Below are positions 40,869 to 50,391 of a DNA stretch of 64,000 nucleotides, in pieces; positions within the stretch are counted from its first letter, which is position 1, and each line of letters starts with the position of its first letter. Origin of the DNA: a virus; IMG/VR virus record IMGVR_UViG_3300023440_000002, positions 1 to 64,000 of that record. One strand, written 5' to 3'. Both the position numbers and the translations under genes were made by a program. The notes beneath the pieces were generated by a model. It did not search any database, had not been told where the DNA came from, and worked only from the letters and a program-made list of their open reading frames with translations.

Positions 40869-40911
40869 GTAATATGTAACAAGGAAACACTAACAACAAA
40901 AAGGGCGAAAT

Positions 40912-41076
40912 ATGACACACAAAATAGTAAAGCTAGAGTCTGTTTTTGTAAAGTTTCCTGATAGGTGCGCTAAAGCTTGGGCTAAAGGTCGAAGATTGAC
41001 AGCTAAAGACATCGAAGAGGAGTTACTTAAGATATCTGAAGAGATAGCTAGGACTGCAAAAAAATGCCGACGTTAA
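40912..41076 (+). CDS. small hypothetical protein
   Basis: 54 aa MTHKIVKLES..., first ORF after the promoter; below ORF-track cutoff. Confidence 0.5.
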   Translation: MTHKIVKLESVFVKFPDRCAKAWAKGRRLTAKDIEEELLKISEEIARTAKKCRR

Positions 41077-41193
41077 GCTTTTTTTTATGCCTATCTTGTG
41101 ATTATCGGTGGGTAAAAGATTGTGGGTATTCCGGGAAGTGTGATCTTTGCGGTAATTTGTACGTTAAATGGACAAACTATAAAGGTGGTATTT

Positions 41194-41880
41194 ATGACTG
41201 CAACAGAAAAGAAGTCAATAATCAAAAAAATACAGAAGCTTCTAAGTCTAGCAGGATCAGAAAACGAAAACGAAGCAGAGCTAGCCGCCGCCGCAGCAAG
41301 TAAAATGATAACCCAACATAACCTGTCAACTCAAGAAGTTGAAATGGATCAATCATACGAAAACGCCGAAGTGGTAGAAAAAAATAGATTATCCCAAGAA
41401 GATAAGTGGGTTTTGCCGATCATCAAAGCTTTTTTCTTTGTTAGTCCTATGATTTGCAGTAGGGTTGCAGGGTATAACAACAAAACTGGTAATGTTCGCA
41501 GGACTCATACTATTAAGTTTGTTGGTGAAGAGGTTAATGTTGCCGTAGCTAAAGAACTATATATCTTTTTGGTTCGAGAGTACAAGATTTTATTTACCAG
41601 TTATAGGATTAAAACTGGATGTAAACTAAGCAGTAGAGATTCCTATTATGACGGATTGACTTTCGGATTAACTAAAAAACTAAAAGAAGTAAGATCAGCA
41701 ACTGAAAGTGAAACAGGACTAGTTGTTTTGGAAGACCCTAAATTAAAAGACTTTGTTAAAGAACTTTACCCAACAGCAAAAAAAACAACCAGAAAAGCTA
41801 ACTTGAATGACCGTAAAGCCCAAAGTCAAGGGGTGACGGATGGAAAAACTATCAACTTAAATAAAAACATTAACAGTTGA
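41194..41880 (+). CDS. DUF2786-like protein
   Basis: IIKKIQKLLSLA..NENEAELAAAAASKMITQHNL; ATG 41194 with AAGGTGG RBS. Confidence 0.8.
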   Translation: MTATEKKSIIKKIQKLLSLAGSENENEAELAAAAASKMITQHNLSTQEVEMDQSYENAEVVEKNRLSQEDKWVLPIIKAFFFVSPMICSRVAGYNNKTGNVRRTHTIKFVGEEVNVAVAKELYIFLVREYKILFTSYRIKTGCKLSSRDSYYDGLTFGLTKKLKEVRSATESETGLVVLEDPKLKDFVKELYPTAKKTTRKANLNDRKAQSQGVTDGKTINLNKNINS

Positions 41881-42060
41881 CACCTAACTAAAAGAAAGGG
41901 TAGTGTTATGGGCGAGATAATTAAACTTTTTAAAGATAAAAAGATCTCACACACAAAAAACAGTGAATTTAAAGACAAGGTGGAGAAAATTAAAGCTTCA
42001 TTACAAAGAATTCAAAAATTAATGGAAGTTCTGCGGGAACACCAAAAAAAGGAAACCTAA

Positions 42061-42714
42061 ATGAAAAACACCAAAAAGAAGATTTTTTTCTATTCCGACC
42101 CTCATTATGGGCACGATAACGTAATCGGTTTCTGCAAAAACAGAAAATACAACACAATCGAAGAAATGAATGAGGATTACATTAAAAAATACAACCAAAT
42201 GGTACCTGAAGATGGGGTTGTGTTTTGGTTAGGCGATTGTTTTTTTAAGACAAGTAAGGACAACGCAAAAAACATAATGGATCAGCTTAACGGAACTAAG
42301 GTTTTGATTAGGGGGAATCACGATTGGGGTGTTAATGCTATGTATAAATTGGGTTTTTCTGCGGTGGTAGAATACGCTGAAATGTATATTTCTGGTTTGC
42401 CCGTAAAATTAAAGCATTTTCCTAGCAAGTATACTTCCAGCAAGATCAAAAACTGGCTTAAGTTTAATAAGTTGACTAGGTGGCTATCAAGGGTTTTGCC
42501 TGTCAAGCCTATCTATATTCCTAGGTATTTCAATAGGTTTCCAGAGCAGGACGGGAAATGGTTACTTCATGGTCACACCCACTCTACGGATAAGGTCGAT
42601 TACAAACACAAAATGATTCATGTGGGCGTCGATGCTTGGGGCGGACGTCCCGTACCTTTTAGTAGTATAGAGTCAATCATAAACAGAACAATAACACAAA
42701 AAAAGAAAGATTAA
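42061..42714 (+). CDS. calcineurin-like metallophosphoesterase
   Basis: SDPHYGH, LGD, GNHD, HGHTH, VGVD. Confidence 0.92.
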   Translation: MKNTKKKIFFYSDPHYGHDNVIGFCKNRKYNTIEEMNEDYIKKYNQMVPEDGVVFWLGDCFFKTSKDNAKNIMDQLNGTKVLIRGNHDWGVNAMYKLGFSAVVEYAEMYISGLPVKLKHFPSKYTSSKIKNWLKFNKLTRWLSRVLPVKPIYIPRYFNRFPEQDGKWLLHGHTHSTDKVDYKHKMIHVGVDAWGGRPVPFSSIESIINRTITQKKKD

Positions 42715-42840
42715 AGCACACTCAAGGTTTCAAAGGCTTAACGGTAGGTTTAACTACGACAGAAGCCCCTCTTCGAGTTGATGGGTGTATTATTTTCATA
42801 GTTGAGTCCTAAAAAAAAGTGGTTATTTATTATATTAGGC

Positions 42841-42867
42841 TAAAGTTTTTCATCAAACGACCGATAA
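42841..42867 (+). promoter_or_regulatory. sigma-28 (FliA)-type promoter
   Basis: TAAAGTTT-N11-ACCGATAA upstream of 42904. Confidence 0.85.
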
Positions 42868-42903
42868 GGTTAATAACAATAACGCTTCAAAGGAGATAGC
42901 GAG

Positions 42904-43797
42904 ATGGCAGAACTAAAAGAGAAGTTAACGGCATTAACAAAAGATCAAGAAGGGGCTATGGAGGGGTACAAAGACGAAGGTTGTCGTATCGGTCTTACTC
43001 TTGAAGATAACAAAACCGACCCAAAAAGAGTTCATGATATTATGAATCAGTTAAGGGTTTCTTGTGGTTTTGAAGAAGCCGAAGATTTTGTTTACCTTGA
43101 TAGCCCTAAGGCGGCTGTTTCAGGGTATGAAGAGTGTAATGTGCATAATTGTATGTACGGGTATCATGACATCAACTGGATTCAACACTACATGTTCTTT
43201 AAGAAAGAAACTGAGATTGAAGTTGACGATCGGATTGATCTTATGTTGGAGTTAGCGGAAACAGCTGGCTGGATGTGGATGACACCTAAACTGAATATTA
43301 TCACCAAAAGACCGGTTAAGTTAAACATGATCAAAAAAAGCAACAACATTAAGGTTATGCATAACTACAACGGAAAAGCTGTCGAGTTTGCTGACGGTTA
43401 CGGGGTTTATATGATTAATGGGGTTCAAATCCCAAAAGATCTAACTTACTTGGTCGATATGCCGGCCGAAGAGATAGACATCAAAACTGTCCTTGATATT
43501 AAAAACACCGAAATTAGAACAGAATTCCTAAAAAAGGTCGGTATCGAAAAGGCTTTTGATTCTCTATCTAAAACAAAACTAGACGAAAAGGAGATGGAAA
43601 TTGGTGGAACTTACGAGTTGTTTTCTGTTCAATTAGGTGAAGTTACTCGCATTTACCTAAGAGGTGAGTGCCCAAGCAATCAAGAACCTTTCTTTGAAGG
43701 TTGCCATCCGGACTGCAAAACAGTAGAGCAGGCTTTGAATTTCCGTAACGGGTTCAAACTTAACCTTAAGTTTAATGCACCACTAAACTTAACCTAA
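42904..43797 (+). CDS. DUF6745-like protein
   Basis: YGYHDINW, GWMW..ITKRP, HNYNGKAVEFADGYGVYMINGVQIP, NTEIR, CPS..C motifs. Confidence 0.75.
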   Translation: MAELKEKLTALTKDQEGAMEGYKDEGCRIGLTLEDNKTDPKRVHDIMNQLRVSCGFEEAEDFVYLDSPKAAVSGYEECNVHNCMYGYHDINWIQHYMFFKKETEIEVDDRIDLMLELAETAGWMWMTPKLNIITKRPVKLNMIKKSNNIKVMHNYNGKAVEFADGYGVYMINGVQIPKDLTYLVDMPAEEIDIKTVLDIKNTEIRTEFLKKVGIEKAFDSLSKTKLDEKEMEIGGTYELFSVQLGEVTRIYLRGECPSNQEPFFEGCHPDCKTVEQALNFRNGFKLNLKFNAPLNLT

Positions 43798-43807
43798 AAG
43801 CCTAATA

Positions 43808-43845
43808 AAAAAAAAGAGGATGCTGAGGCACACCCTCTTTTTTTT
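43808..43845 (+). terminator. intrinsic terminator
   Basis: A-run, GAGG..CCTC stem, T8. Confidence 0.6.
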
Positions 43846-43920
43846 AAAAAAACACTTGAAACTTAATATTAATTGTAGTAGACTAACCAACGAAAAGAGC
43901 AATTAAGCTCAAAAGGAGAA

Positions 43921-44307
43921 ATGTATATGCAGTACTACCAGCAAGGTGACGTTTTGCTAAAGAAGGTTTCAGTCCTTCCAAAGGAAGCAAAAAAGATTAA
44001 AGGGAAGGTTCTTCAAGAATCTGAGATTACAGGCCATCACCATCATTTTAAGGGTAACGCAGCGGTTGATCTATATCAAACCCTCGAAACTCCAACTAAT
44101 GATAAAACCATCACACCGAACTTTGGCAAATTCATCATTGTTAAAGAAATGTCAGATCTTTTCCACGGAAAAGGCTTTGACGCCACCCCTGCGGCACTAA
44201 ACCGAGGCGACCATGACGCAATCTCTATTCCACCTGGAATTTACGAGATCGATATCGTTAGAGAGTACGACTTTGACGCAAATGAGGTTTCTCGAGTGGT
44301 CGATTAA
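43921..44307 (+). CDS. QGDV-motif His-rich protein (usual neighbour of DUF6745 genes)
   Basis: YQQGDVLL..ESEITGHHH..H..DHDAISIPPGIYEI..VREYD..VVD; TTGAAA-N17-TAGACT at 43856-43884. Confidence 0.75.
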   Translation: MYMQYYQQGDVLLKKVSVLPKEAKKIKGKVLQESEITGHHHHFKGNAAVDLYQTLETPTNDKTITPNFGKFIIVKEMSDLFHGKGFDATPAALNRGDHDAISIPPGIYEIDIVREYDFDANEVSRVVD

Positions 44308-44317
44308 TCGACCACTT

Positions 44318-44354
44318 AAAGGGGTGTCATTTTTACATGACACCCCTTTTTTTT
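44318..44354 (+). terminator. intrinsic terminator
   Basis: AAAGGGGTGTCAT..ATGACACCCCTTT followed by T-run. Confidence 0.85.
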
Positions 44355-44748
44355 ATAGCAAAAAAACCTAATATTATAAGCAAAGAGAGGTAACTGATTG
44401 ATATGTTTGAACTGTAAATTAGGTTATATGACCAGGCATCATGAACAACCATTTGGTGTGAATGAGTGGGTTAAGTGTTCGTTATGTTCATACTGTTGCA
44501 AAGGAAGTACGGATGATAGTTGTTATAAAAAAAAGCACCTTAGCCGAAATGAAGAAAAGAATCCAGAGATTAGAAACCCTCCACTTGAAAGCAGTAGAAA
44601 GAGCTGAAAAAGCAATTAAAGACCTCGAAAAAGCAACTAAAAAAAAGAAACCTGAGTGCTCACACACTTTTAACCCAAAATGGGAATCACACATTGGACC
44701 AGCCCCTTGCTTGAAGTGCGGCCATGTAGTGTACCAAACGGACATCTA

Positions 44749-45171
44749 ATGACTTTACTAGTAGACCTACAAAACTTAACGATTGGCACACAGACGAAGC
44801 AGATCGACGCTAATGATTCATACATGGAACATGCCGGACCGGTAGACTTCCGTTCGTTCATGGAATCAAAAGCAAGAAAAGGCGAAACTTCCGCCATGTT
44901 CCACTTAGAAAAGGAAGGTAATGCCAGAATAAGAAAGGCAGGTTACCAGTCTCTCAGTGGTCAAATAGGCACCTTAAGACCAGAACCTGGTCGAGGACTG
45001 ATAAGTCGTAATGGGGTAGGGTGGCTTTATATGAACCTGTCCACTTTAAATGAAACACAATTCAAAGCAGAGGTGCAAGATTTTATAGATTATCTAGAAT
45101 CAGAGGGTATCGTAATAACATCAGAGATAGTAGGTACTTCCATGGCGGACATTGGGGTTTCTTGGGCTTAG
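44749..45171 (+). CDS. hypothetical protein
   Basis: ATG at a TAATG overlap with the preceding small ORF. Confidence 0.6.
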   Translation: MTLLVDLQNLTIGTQTKQIDANDSYMEHAGPVDFRSFMESKARKGETSAMFHLEKEGNARIRKAGYQSLSGQIGTLRPEPGRGLISRNGVGWLYMNLSTLNETQFKAEVQDFIDYLESEGIVITSEIVGTSMADIGVSWA

Positions 45172-45186
45172 CTCGCAAAACTTAAC

Positions 45187-45213
45187 TAAAGTTTTTCAGC
45201 AAAGATCCGATAG
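45187..45213 (+). promoter_or_regulatory. sigma-28-type promoter heading the + strand mini-gene array
   Basis: TAAAGTTT-N11-TCCGATAG. Confidence 0.7.
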
Positions 45214-45259
45214 GGTGTATGTAAATGGCAAGTAGCTAACCCAATAAGGGAAAACCTAG

Positions 45260-47494
45260 ATGGAAACTAAATCTATTGCAAGTAAGGTTCACAGGAAGGT
45301 TCACGAGCAGATTCGCTGGCAGGTTTTCGGGCAGATTAACTGGGAGATTAGCAACCAGGTTGCCGATCAAATAATCAATCCAATAATCAATCCAATAAGG
45401 GATGATCTAAATGGAAACTAAAGATATTACAAAAGATGTTCGCCAGCAGGTTTACGAGCAGGTTCGCCAGGAGGTTTACGAGCAGGTTAACCGGCAGGTT
45501 CGCTGGAAGGTTGACGAGCAGATTCACTGGCAAATTCGAGATCAGGTTTACCGGCAGGTTCGCTGGCAGATTAACTGGCAGATTAGCGATCAGGTTAACT
45601 GACAAATAACTGAACCAATAAAGGATAACCTAGATGAAAGCTAAAGATATCACAAAAGAGGTTTACCGGCAGGTTCGCTGGCCGATTCTCGAGCAGGTTG
45701 CCGATCAAATAATCAATCCAATAATCAATCCAATAAGGGAAAACCTAAATGGAAGCTAAAGTTATTACAAATATAACCGATAAGATTTACAGTCAGGTTC
45801 TCAACCAGGTTAGCGACCGGATTCACGAGCAGCTTTACTGGGAGATTTACGGGCAGGTCCACGACCAGGTTCTCGGGCAAATATCTGACCCAATAGAGGA
45901 AAACCTAGATGGAAGCTAAAGTTATTACTAATAATATTTACGACCAGGTTCGCCAGAAGATTAAACAGCAGATTTTCGAGCAAGTTTATTGGCAAGTTAG
46001 CTTGCAGGTTCGCTGGTATATTAGCGATCAGATTAACCAGCAGGTTCGCGAGCAAATAGCCACCCCAATAAGGGAAAATCTAAGTGGAAACTGAAGATAT
46101 TACAAAAGAGGTTCGCCGGCATATTGTCAAGCAGATTAACTTGCAGGTTCGCGATCAAGTAACTAATCCAATATGGACTGATCTAAATGGAAACTAAAGA
46201 CGTTACAAATACAGCCGATCAGTCCCGCCGGCAGGTTCGCTGGAAGGTTGCCGATCAGGTTTTCGACCAGGTTAATGATCAGGTTAATGATCAGGTTTAC
46301 TGGCAGATTAACTGGGAGATTAGCAACCAGGTTGCCGATCAAATAATCAATCCAATAATCAATCCAATAAGGGATGATCTAAATGGAAACTAAAGATATT
46401 ACTAATGAGGTTCGCCAGCAGGTTTACTGGGAGATTCACAGTCAGGTTAACTGGCATGTTCGCAACCAGGTTCGCAACCAGGTTCGCCGGAAGGTTTTCT
46501 CGCAGATTTACGAGCAGGTTTTCGGGCAAATAACTAACCCAATAAAGGAAGATCTAGATGGAAACTGAAGATGTTACAGATAAGATTTACTATCGAATTA
46601 CCGGACAGGTCCGCAATCAGGTTGAGTGGCAGGTTCGCAGGCAGGTTCGTGACCAGATTATTGACCAGATTTACGACCAGATTGACGAACAAATAGTTAT
46701 CCCAATAAAGGAAAATCTAAATGACTGAAGCTAAAGTTATTAAAAATAAGATTTACCGGCAGATTCGCGGCCAGATTTGCCGGCAGATTAACCGGCAGAT
46801 TCGCTGGCAGACTCGCAGTCAGATTTGCCGGCAGATTAACTGGGATATTCGCGATCAGGTTCGCATTCAGATTTACGATCAGGCTAATGATCAAATATTT
46901 AATCCAATAAGGGATGATCTAAATGGAAACTAAAGATATTACAAATACAGCCGATCAGTCCCGCCGGCAGGTTCGCTGGAAGGTTGCCGATCAGATTTTC
47001 GACCAGGTTAATGATCAGGTTTACTGGCAGGTTTTCGGGCAGATTAACTGGGAGATTAGCAACCAGGTTGCCGATCAAATAATCAATCCAATAATCAATC
47101 CAATAAGGGATGACCTAAATGGAAACTAAAGATATTGCAAAAGAGATTCACGAGCAGGTTTACGAGCAGGTTTGCGACCAGGTTAGCGAGCAGGTTCGCC
47201 GGCAGGTTCGCCGGCAGGTTTACTGTCAGATTGGCGACCAGACTTACTGGCAAGTAACTAACCCAATAAGGGATGACCTAAATGGAAACTGAAGATATTG
47301 CAAAAGAGATTCACGAGCAGGTTGGCGAGCAGATTCGCCGGCAACTTTACGAGCAGGTTAACCGGCAGGTTCGCTGGAAGGTTGACGAGCAGATTTACTG
47401 GAAGGTTCGCTGGCAGATTCTCAACCAGGTTTCCGAGCAAATTACCAATCAGATTATCTGACAGATTCAAAACCCAATAAGGGATAACCCCTAA
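45260..47494 (+). repeat. array A: 13 overlapping paralogous mini-genes (METKDI..(Q[VI]xx)n..NPI[KR]xDLNGN)
   Basis: Units at 45260-45421, 45411-45602, 45634-45759, 45749-45919, 45909-46094, 46084-46197, 46187-46393, 46383-46568, 46558-46728, 46721-46933, 46923-47129, 47119-47292, 47282-47461; conserved junction CCAATAAGGGAnnAnCTArATGGAAACTAAAG. Confidence 0.9.
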
Positions 47495-47516
47495 ATAAAC
47501 TAAGAAAGGAACTATT

Positions 47517-47738
47517 ATGGCAAAGCAAGAATCAACACCGTGGGATGACCTAGAAGGAAGATTGGTCAACTACAAAAAACTACACCAGAAGAAAGCCACC
47601 GGACCACTCAAGGAAGAACTGGCTAAGGCAAAAACCCTAACTCAAGCTAGAAAGGTACTCTTCGGAGAAAAGAAGAAAAGAATCAATTGCTCTAATTGCT
47701 CACACAAAGTTTGTGTTTGCGGGAAAACTTCCCGTTGA
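47517..47738 (+). CDS. small hypothetical protein with Cys cluster
   Basis: AAGGA RBS; CSNCSHKVCVCG. Confidence 0.6.
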   Translation: MAKQESTPWDDLEGRLVNYKKLHQKKATGPLKEELAKAKTLTQARKVLFGEKKKRINCSNCSHKVCVCGKTSR

Positions 47739-47906
47739 TTTTCGCAGTGAAGGTCAAAATAGAATCATTTGACTCGAGGTTTACTGAAATAACCCAAGAC
47801 CTTTATTTCAGTAAACCTCCTAGTGAACAAGAAATAACCAAAGAGGCTTCTATTGACCCGCAAGTAAAGTGGTCATACATCGTAAAAAGAGTAATCATAA
47901 TCAACA

Positions 47907-48161
47907 ATGAAGGTATTTAACTTAATATTATGGCTTAAGGGATTGTTCTCTAAAAAGGGTATATCACACACTATTATGAAACCCCAAGGATTTAACGCCC
48001 TTAAGCCTAGCACCCCATCTAATTGCATTTATTGCGAAAACCAATGGGAAGAATTCGACCAGCATTCTTATGAAAGATGCAGTAAATGCTTCGATCTAAC
48101 CAACCTCCACCCAAGCAAAGTAACTTTAAAGAACAATAAAATCACCATTAACTTCGAGTAA
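47907..48161 (+). CDS. small hypothetical protein with two CxxC
   Basis: CIYC..CSKC. Confidence 0.5.
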   Translation: MKVFNLILWLKGLFSKKGISHTIMKPQGFNALKPSTPSNCIYCENQWEEFDQHSYERCSKCFDLTNLHPSKVTLKNNKITINFE

Positions 48162-48165
48162 ACCC

Positions 48166-50391
48166 ATGACTAAATACGAACAATTCAGACAATACATCGC
48201 CCAATTCCTCCAAGGCCCTAACGTAGAAGCGATACTTAATAGTTTAGCAGACGATTCAACTAAACTAGAAAACCTATCGAGATCCGTAACAGACCAGCTA
48301 ACCATATCGACAGCCTCAAGTGTTTACTTAGATAAAAGACTAGCTGACAAAGGAATAACTCGCCCACCAGAACTAGGCATGTCTGACATATCATTCCGTA
48401 AGATGGGAATACAAATAACTGCGGCTAAGCAACTAACTGGATTAATCCATACGATACTGGGCACTTTCTATGGTGAAGAAGCAGTAAGGGCTAACCTGAA
48501 GAATACTAAGACAGGACCTTACAACCTAGAAGAAGGAATGGAACTAGAGTTCGAACTAGAGGATGGTATTACTAGGGTGGTATCATTCAAAAACACAGAC
48601 TTCATAAACATCAACCAAGCTACGGCATCAGAGGTAGCATCAGTAATAACACGATTCATAAGAACACAGAACTTAGGAGCTTTTGCTAGTACAGTAAAGG
48701 ACTTAAACACAGGCTTAGAGTTCATAAAGTTGTTCGGTGGAGCTGCGGGGCCATACTCAACAGTGACAGTCACAGGAGGCGAAGCTAATACAATCCTGCA
48801 ATTTCCTAATATTAGAGGAACCGAGCTGTTAGTTAATGATACAGCATGGGAGATTACCCGTACCGTAGGCAGCACATTACGGTTCAGATGGGCAGGCAAT
48901 TCCAAACCGGCATTAGACTTGATATTTCCAACCGACCGCGTAATGATTTACGGGCAAAGTTTTGAGTCTATTGGACTGGCCGGAACTTTTATTGTCTCAA
49001 ACGTACGACCTCCACTGATCGGCCCAGACCTAGACGCAGGGTGGTTCGAGATAGAAGTCCCTGCTTTCAGTGGCTTACGTTCTACTCAGCCTGGCACAAC
49101 ACCCCCAACTAACGTACCACCCGACACTATCTATTCTTATACCATAGTTCAAGCCAACTGGGAAGAGCTAATGTTCATGAAGCCAGTCAAAGCTTTACCT
49201 AACCGCCAGGTGCGTTACGCCTTAGGTTGGGAGCCTAGAGGTGATTTGCTGCGAATTTATATGCCGGCAACAACTGGTATTGTCTCTAGGGGGATTGAAG
49301 GTGCAGCACACTTACATTCGCTTTACGAGGACGGTAATCTGGATGGGGCTTTCGGCTCTGTTACGGATCTTGACTCCGCAGTGGAAGTTATCTCAGATCG
49401 CATTATACGATACCGCCAACTAGGTTACGATAATCACGCTACGGGAGGAGTATTGTCTTGGGGTGGTAATGACTACGAAATCGATTATGTCCGGCGTGAG
49501 CAATTCACCTCTACCGTATTTTTGAATGAGCCCCACGGATTGCCGGTAGTGCAAGATTCTTTCGGGCGCGACGTTTCTTTGGAAGTGGTATCTGTTGTGG
49601 TGGATATTATGCAGACAGACGATTTAGAATTCAAATCCCCCTATATGGTTGACCTAGGTAAGAACTACACCGTCAGGTCTGAGTTTGTTACTTCTCGCGC
49701 TAAGGTGTTTGCGGGTTCCACCCTGTCCACTTTGGATGTGGATGGTATTTTACCTAATGAGCCAGGGGTATTATTGTTCGACTTAAACACCGACAAAGAA
49801 GAAGGCCCTATTCGTTATGTTGGGGTTCAGGCTCAAAACGCCCCTAACGTGGTGAATATAGTGACTATTTCCCAAAACGGGCTGAATGTTACCATTACCA
49901 CAGATGCTCCTCACGGCGCTACTAGTGGCAGCAACATAGTAATATCAGGTACAACTTTCTTTGATGGGGTGTATCCCGTAGTGGGCGTACCTAACCCGAC
50001 TACCATCCAAGCGATTTCCACTGTCGTCCAGGTGGAGAATGAGGTTGGGGTAGGTAGCTTGTCTGTTGTGGTGGATAATGTTCGGTCTACGTTGCTGCTC
50101 GACCCTAGCAATGAATTCAAGTTTGATCATGAAATAGGAGCTGACTTAACTTTGATGTCTTCTAGGAATGCCTACCAGCCTGCCTTAGATGGCTCAGATT
50201 ACCCGTTCTACGTTACTGGGGTAGCTGAGGGTAGAGTTTTCGCTGCGGACGTCATAGAGGCTATTACGGCGTTAGGGATTAATATCGAAATATTGATCGT
50301 CTACCCAAGCGATAAAGGCCTAGGCAACGAAGGAGGTTCAGATGGTAATGAAACCCCTGTGTCAGATAAAGTTACGGTTTGGGGTGTTTAA
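48166..50391 (+). CDS. baseplate wedge protein (I/gp7-like partner of J)
   Basis: TASSVYLDKRLADKGITRP..MSDISFRK N-terminus; shares F..ATA.E and TTDAPHG repeat motifs with the J-like protein. Confidence 0.7.
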   Translation: MTKYEQFRQYIAQFLQGPNVEAILNSLADDSTKLENLSRSVTDQLTISTASSVYLDKRLADKGITRPPELGMSDISFRKMGIQITAAKQLTGLIHTILGTFYGEEAVRANLKNTKTGPYNLEEGMELEFELEDGITRVVSFKNTDFININQATASEVASVITRFIRTQNLGAFASTVKDLNTGLEFIKLFGGAAGPYSTVTVTGGEANTILQFPNIRGTELLVNDTAWEITRTVGSTLRFRWAGNSKPALDLIFPTDRVMIYGQSFESIGLAGTFIVSNVRPPLIGPDLDAGWFEIEVPAFSGLRSTQPGTTPPTNVPPDTIYSYTIVQANWEELMFMKPVKALPNRQVRYALGWEPRGDLLRIYMPATTGIVSRGIEGAAHLHSLYEDGNLDGAFGSVTDLDSAVEVISDRIIRYRQLGYDNHATGGVLSWGGNDYEIDYVRREQFTSTVFLNEPHGLPVVQDSFGRDVSLEVVSVVVDIMQTDDLEFKSPYMVDLGKNYTVRSEFVTSRAKVFAGSTLSTLDVDGILPNEPGVLLFDLNTDKEEGPIRYVGVQAQNAPNVVNIVTISQNGLNVTITTDAPHGATSGSNIVISGTTFFDGVYPVVGVPNPTTIQAISTVVQVENEVGVGSLSVVVDNVRSTLLLDPSNEFKFDHEIGADLTLMSSRNAYQPALDGSDYPFYVTGVAEGRVFAADVIEAITALGINIEILIVYPSDKGLGNEGGSDGNETPVSDKVTVWGV

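Noticed and set aside
45600-47461. TGA-to-Trp recoding (two units have TGA at a usual TGG position)
   Set aside because: TGA is the normal stop at many junctions and genes, and long ORFs are intact in the standard code; point mutations are more likely
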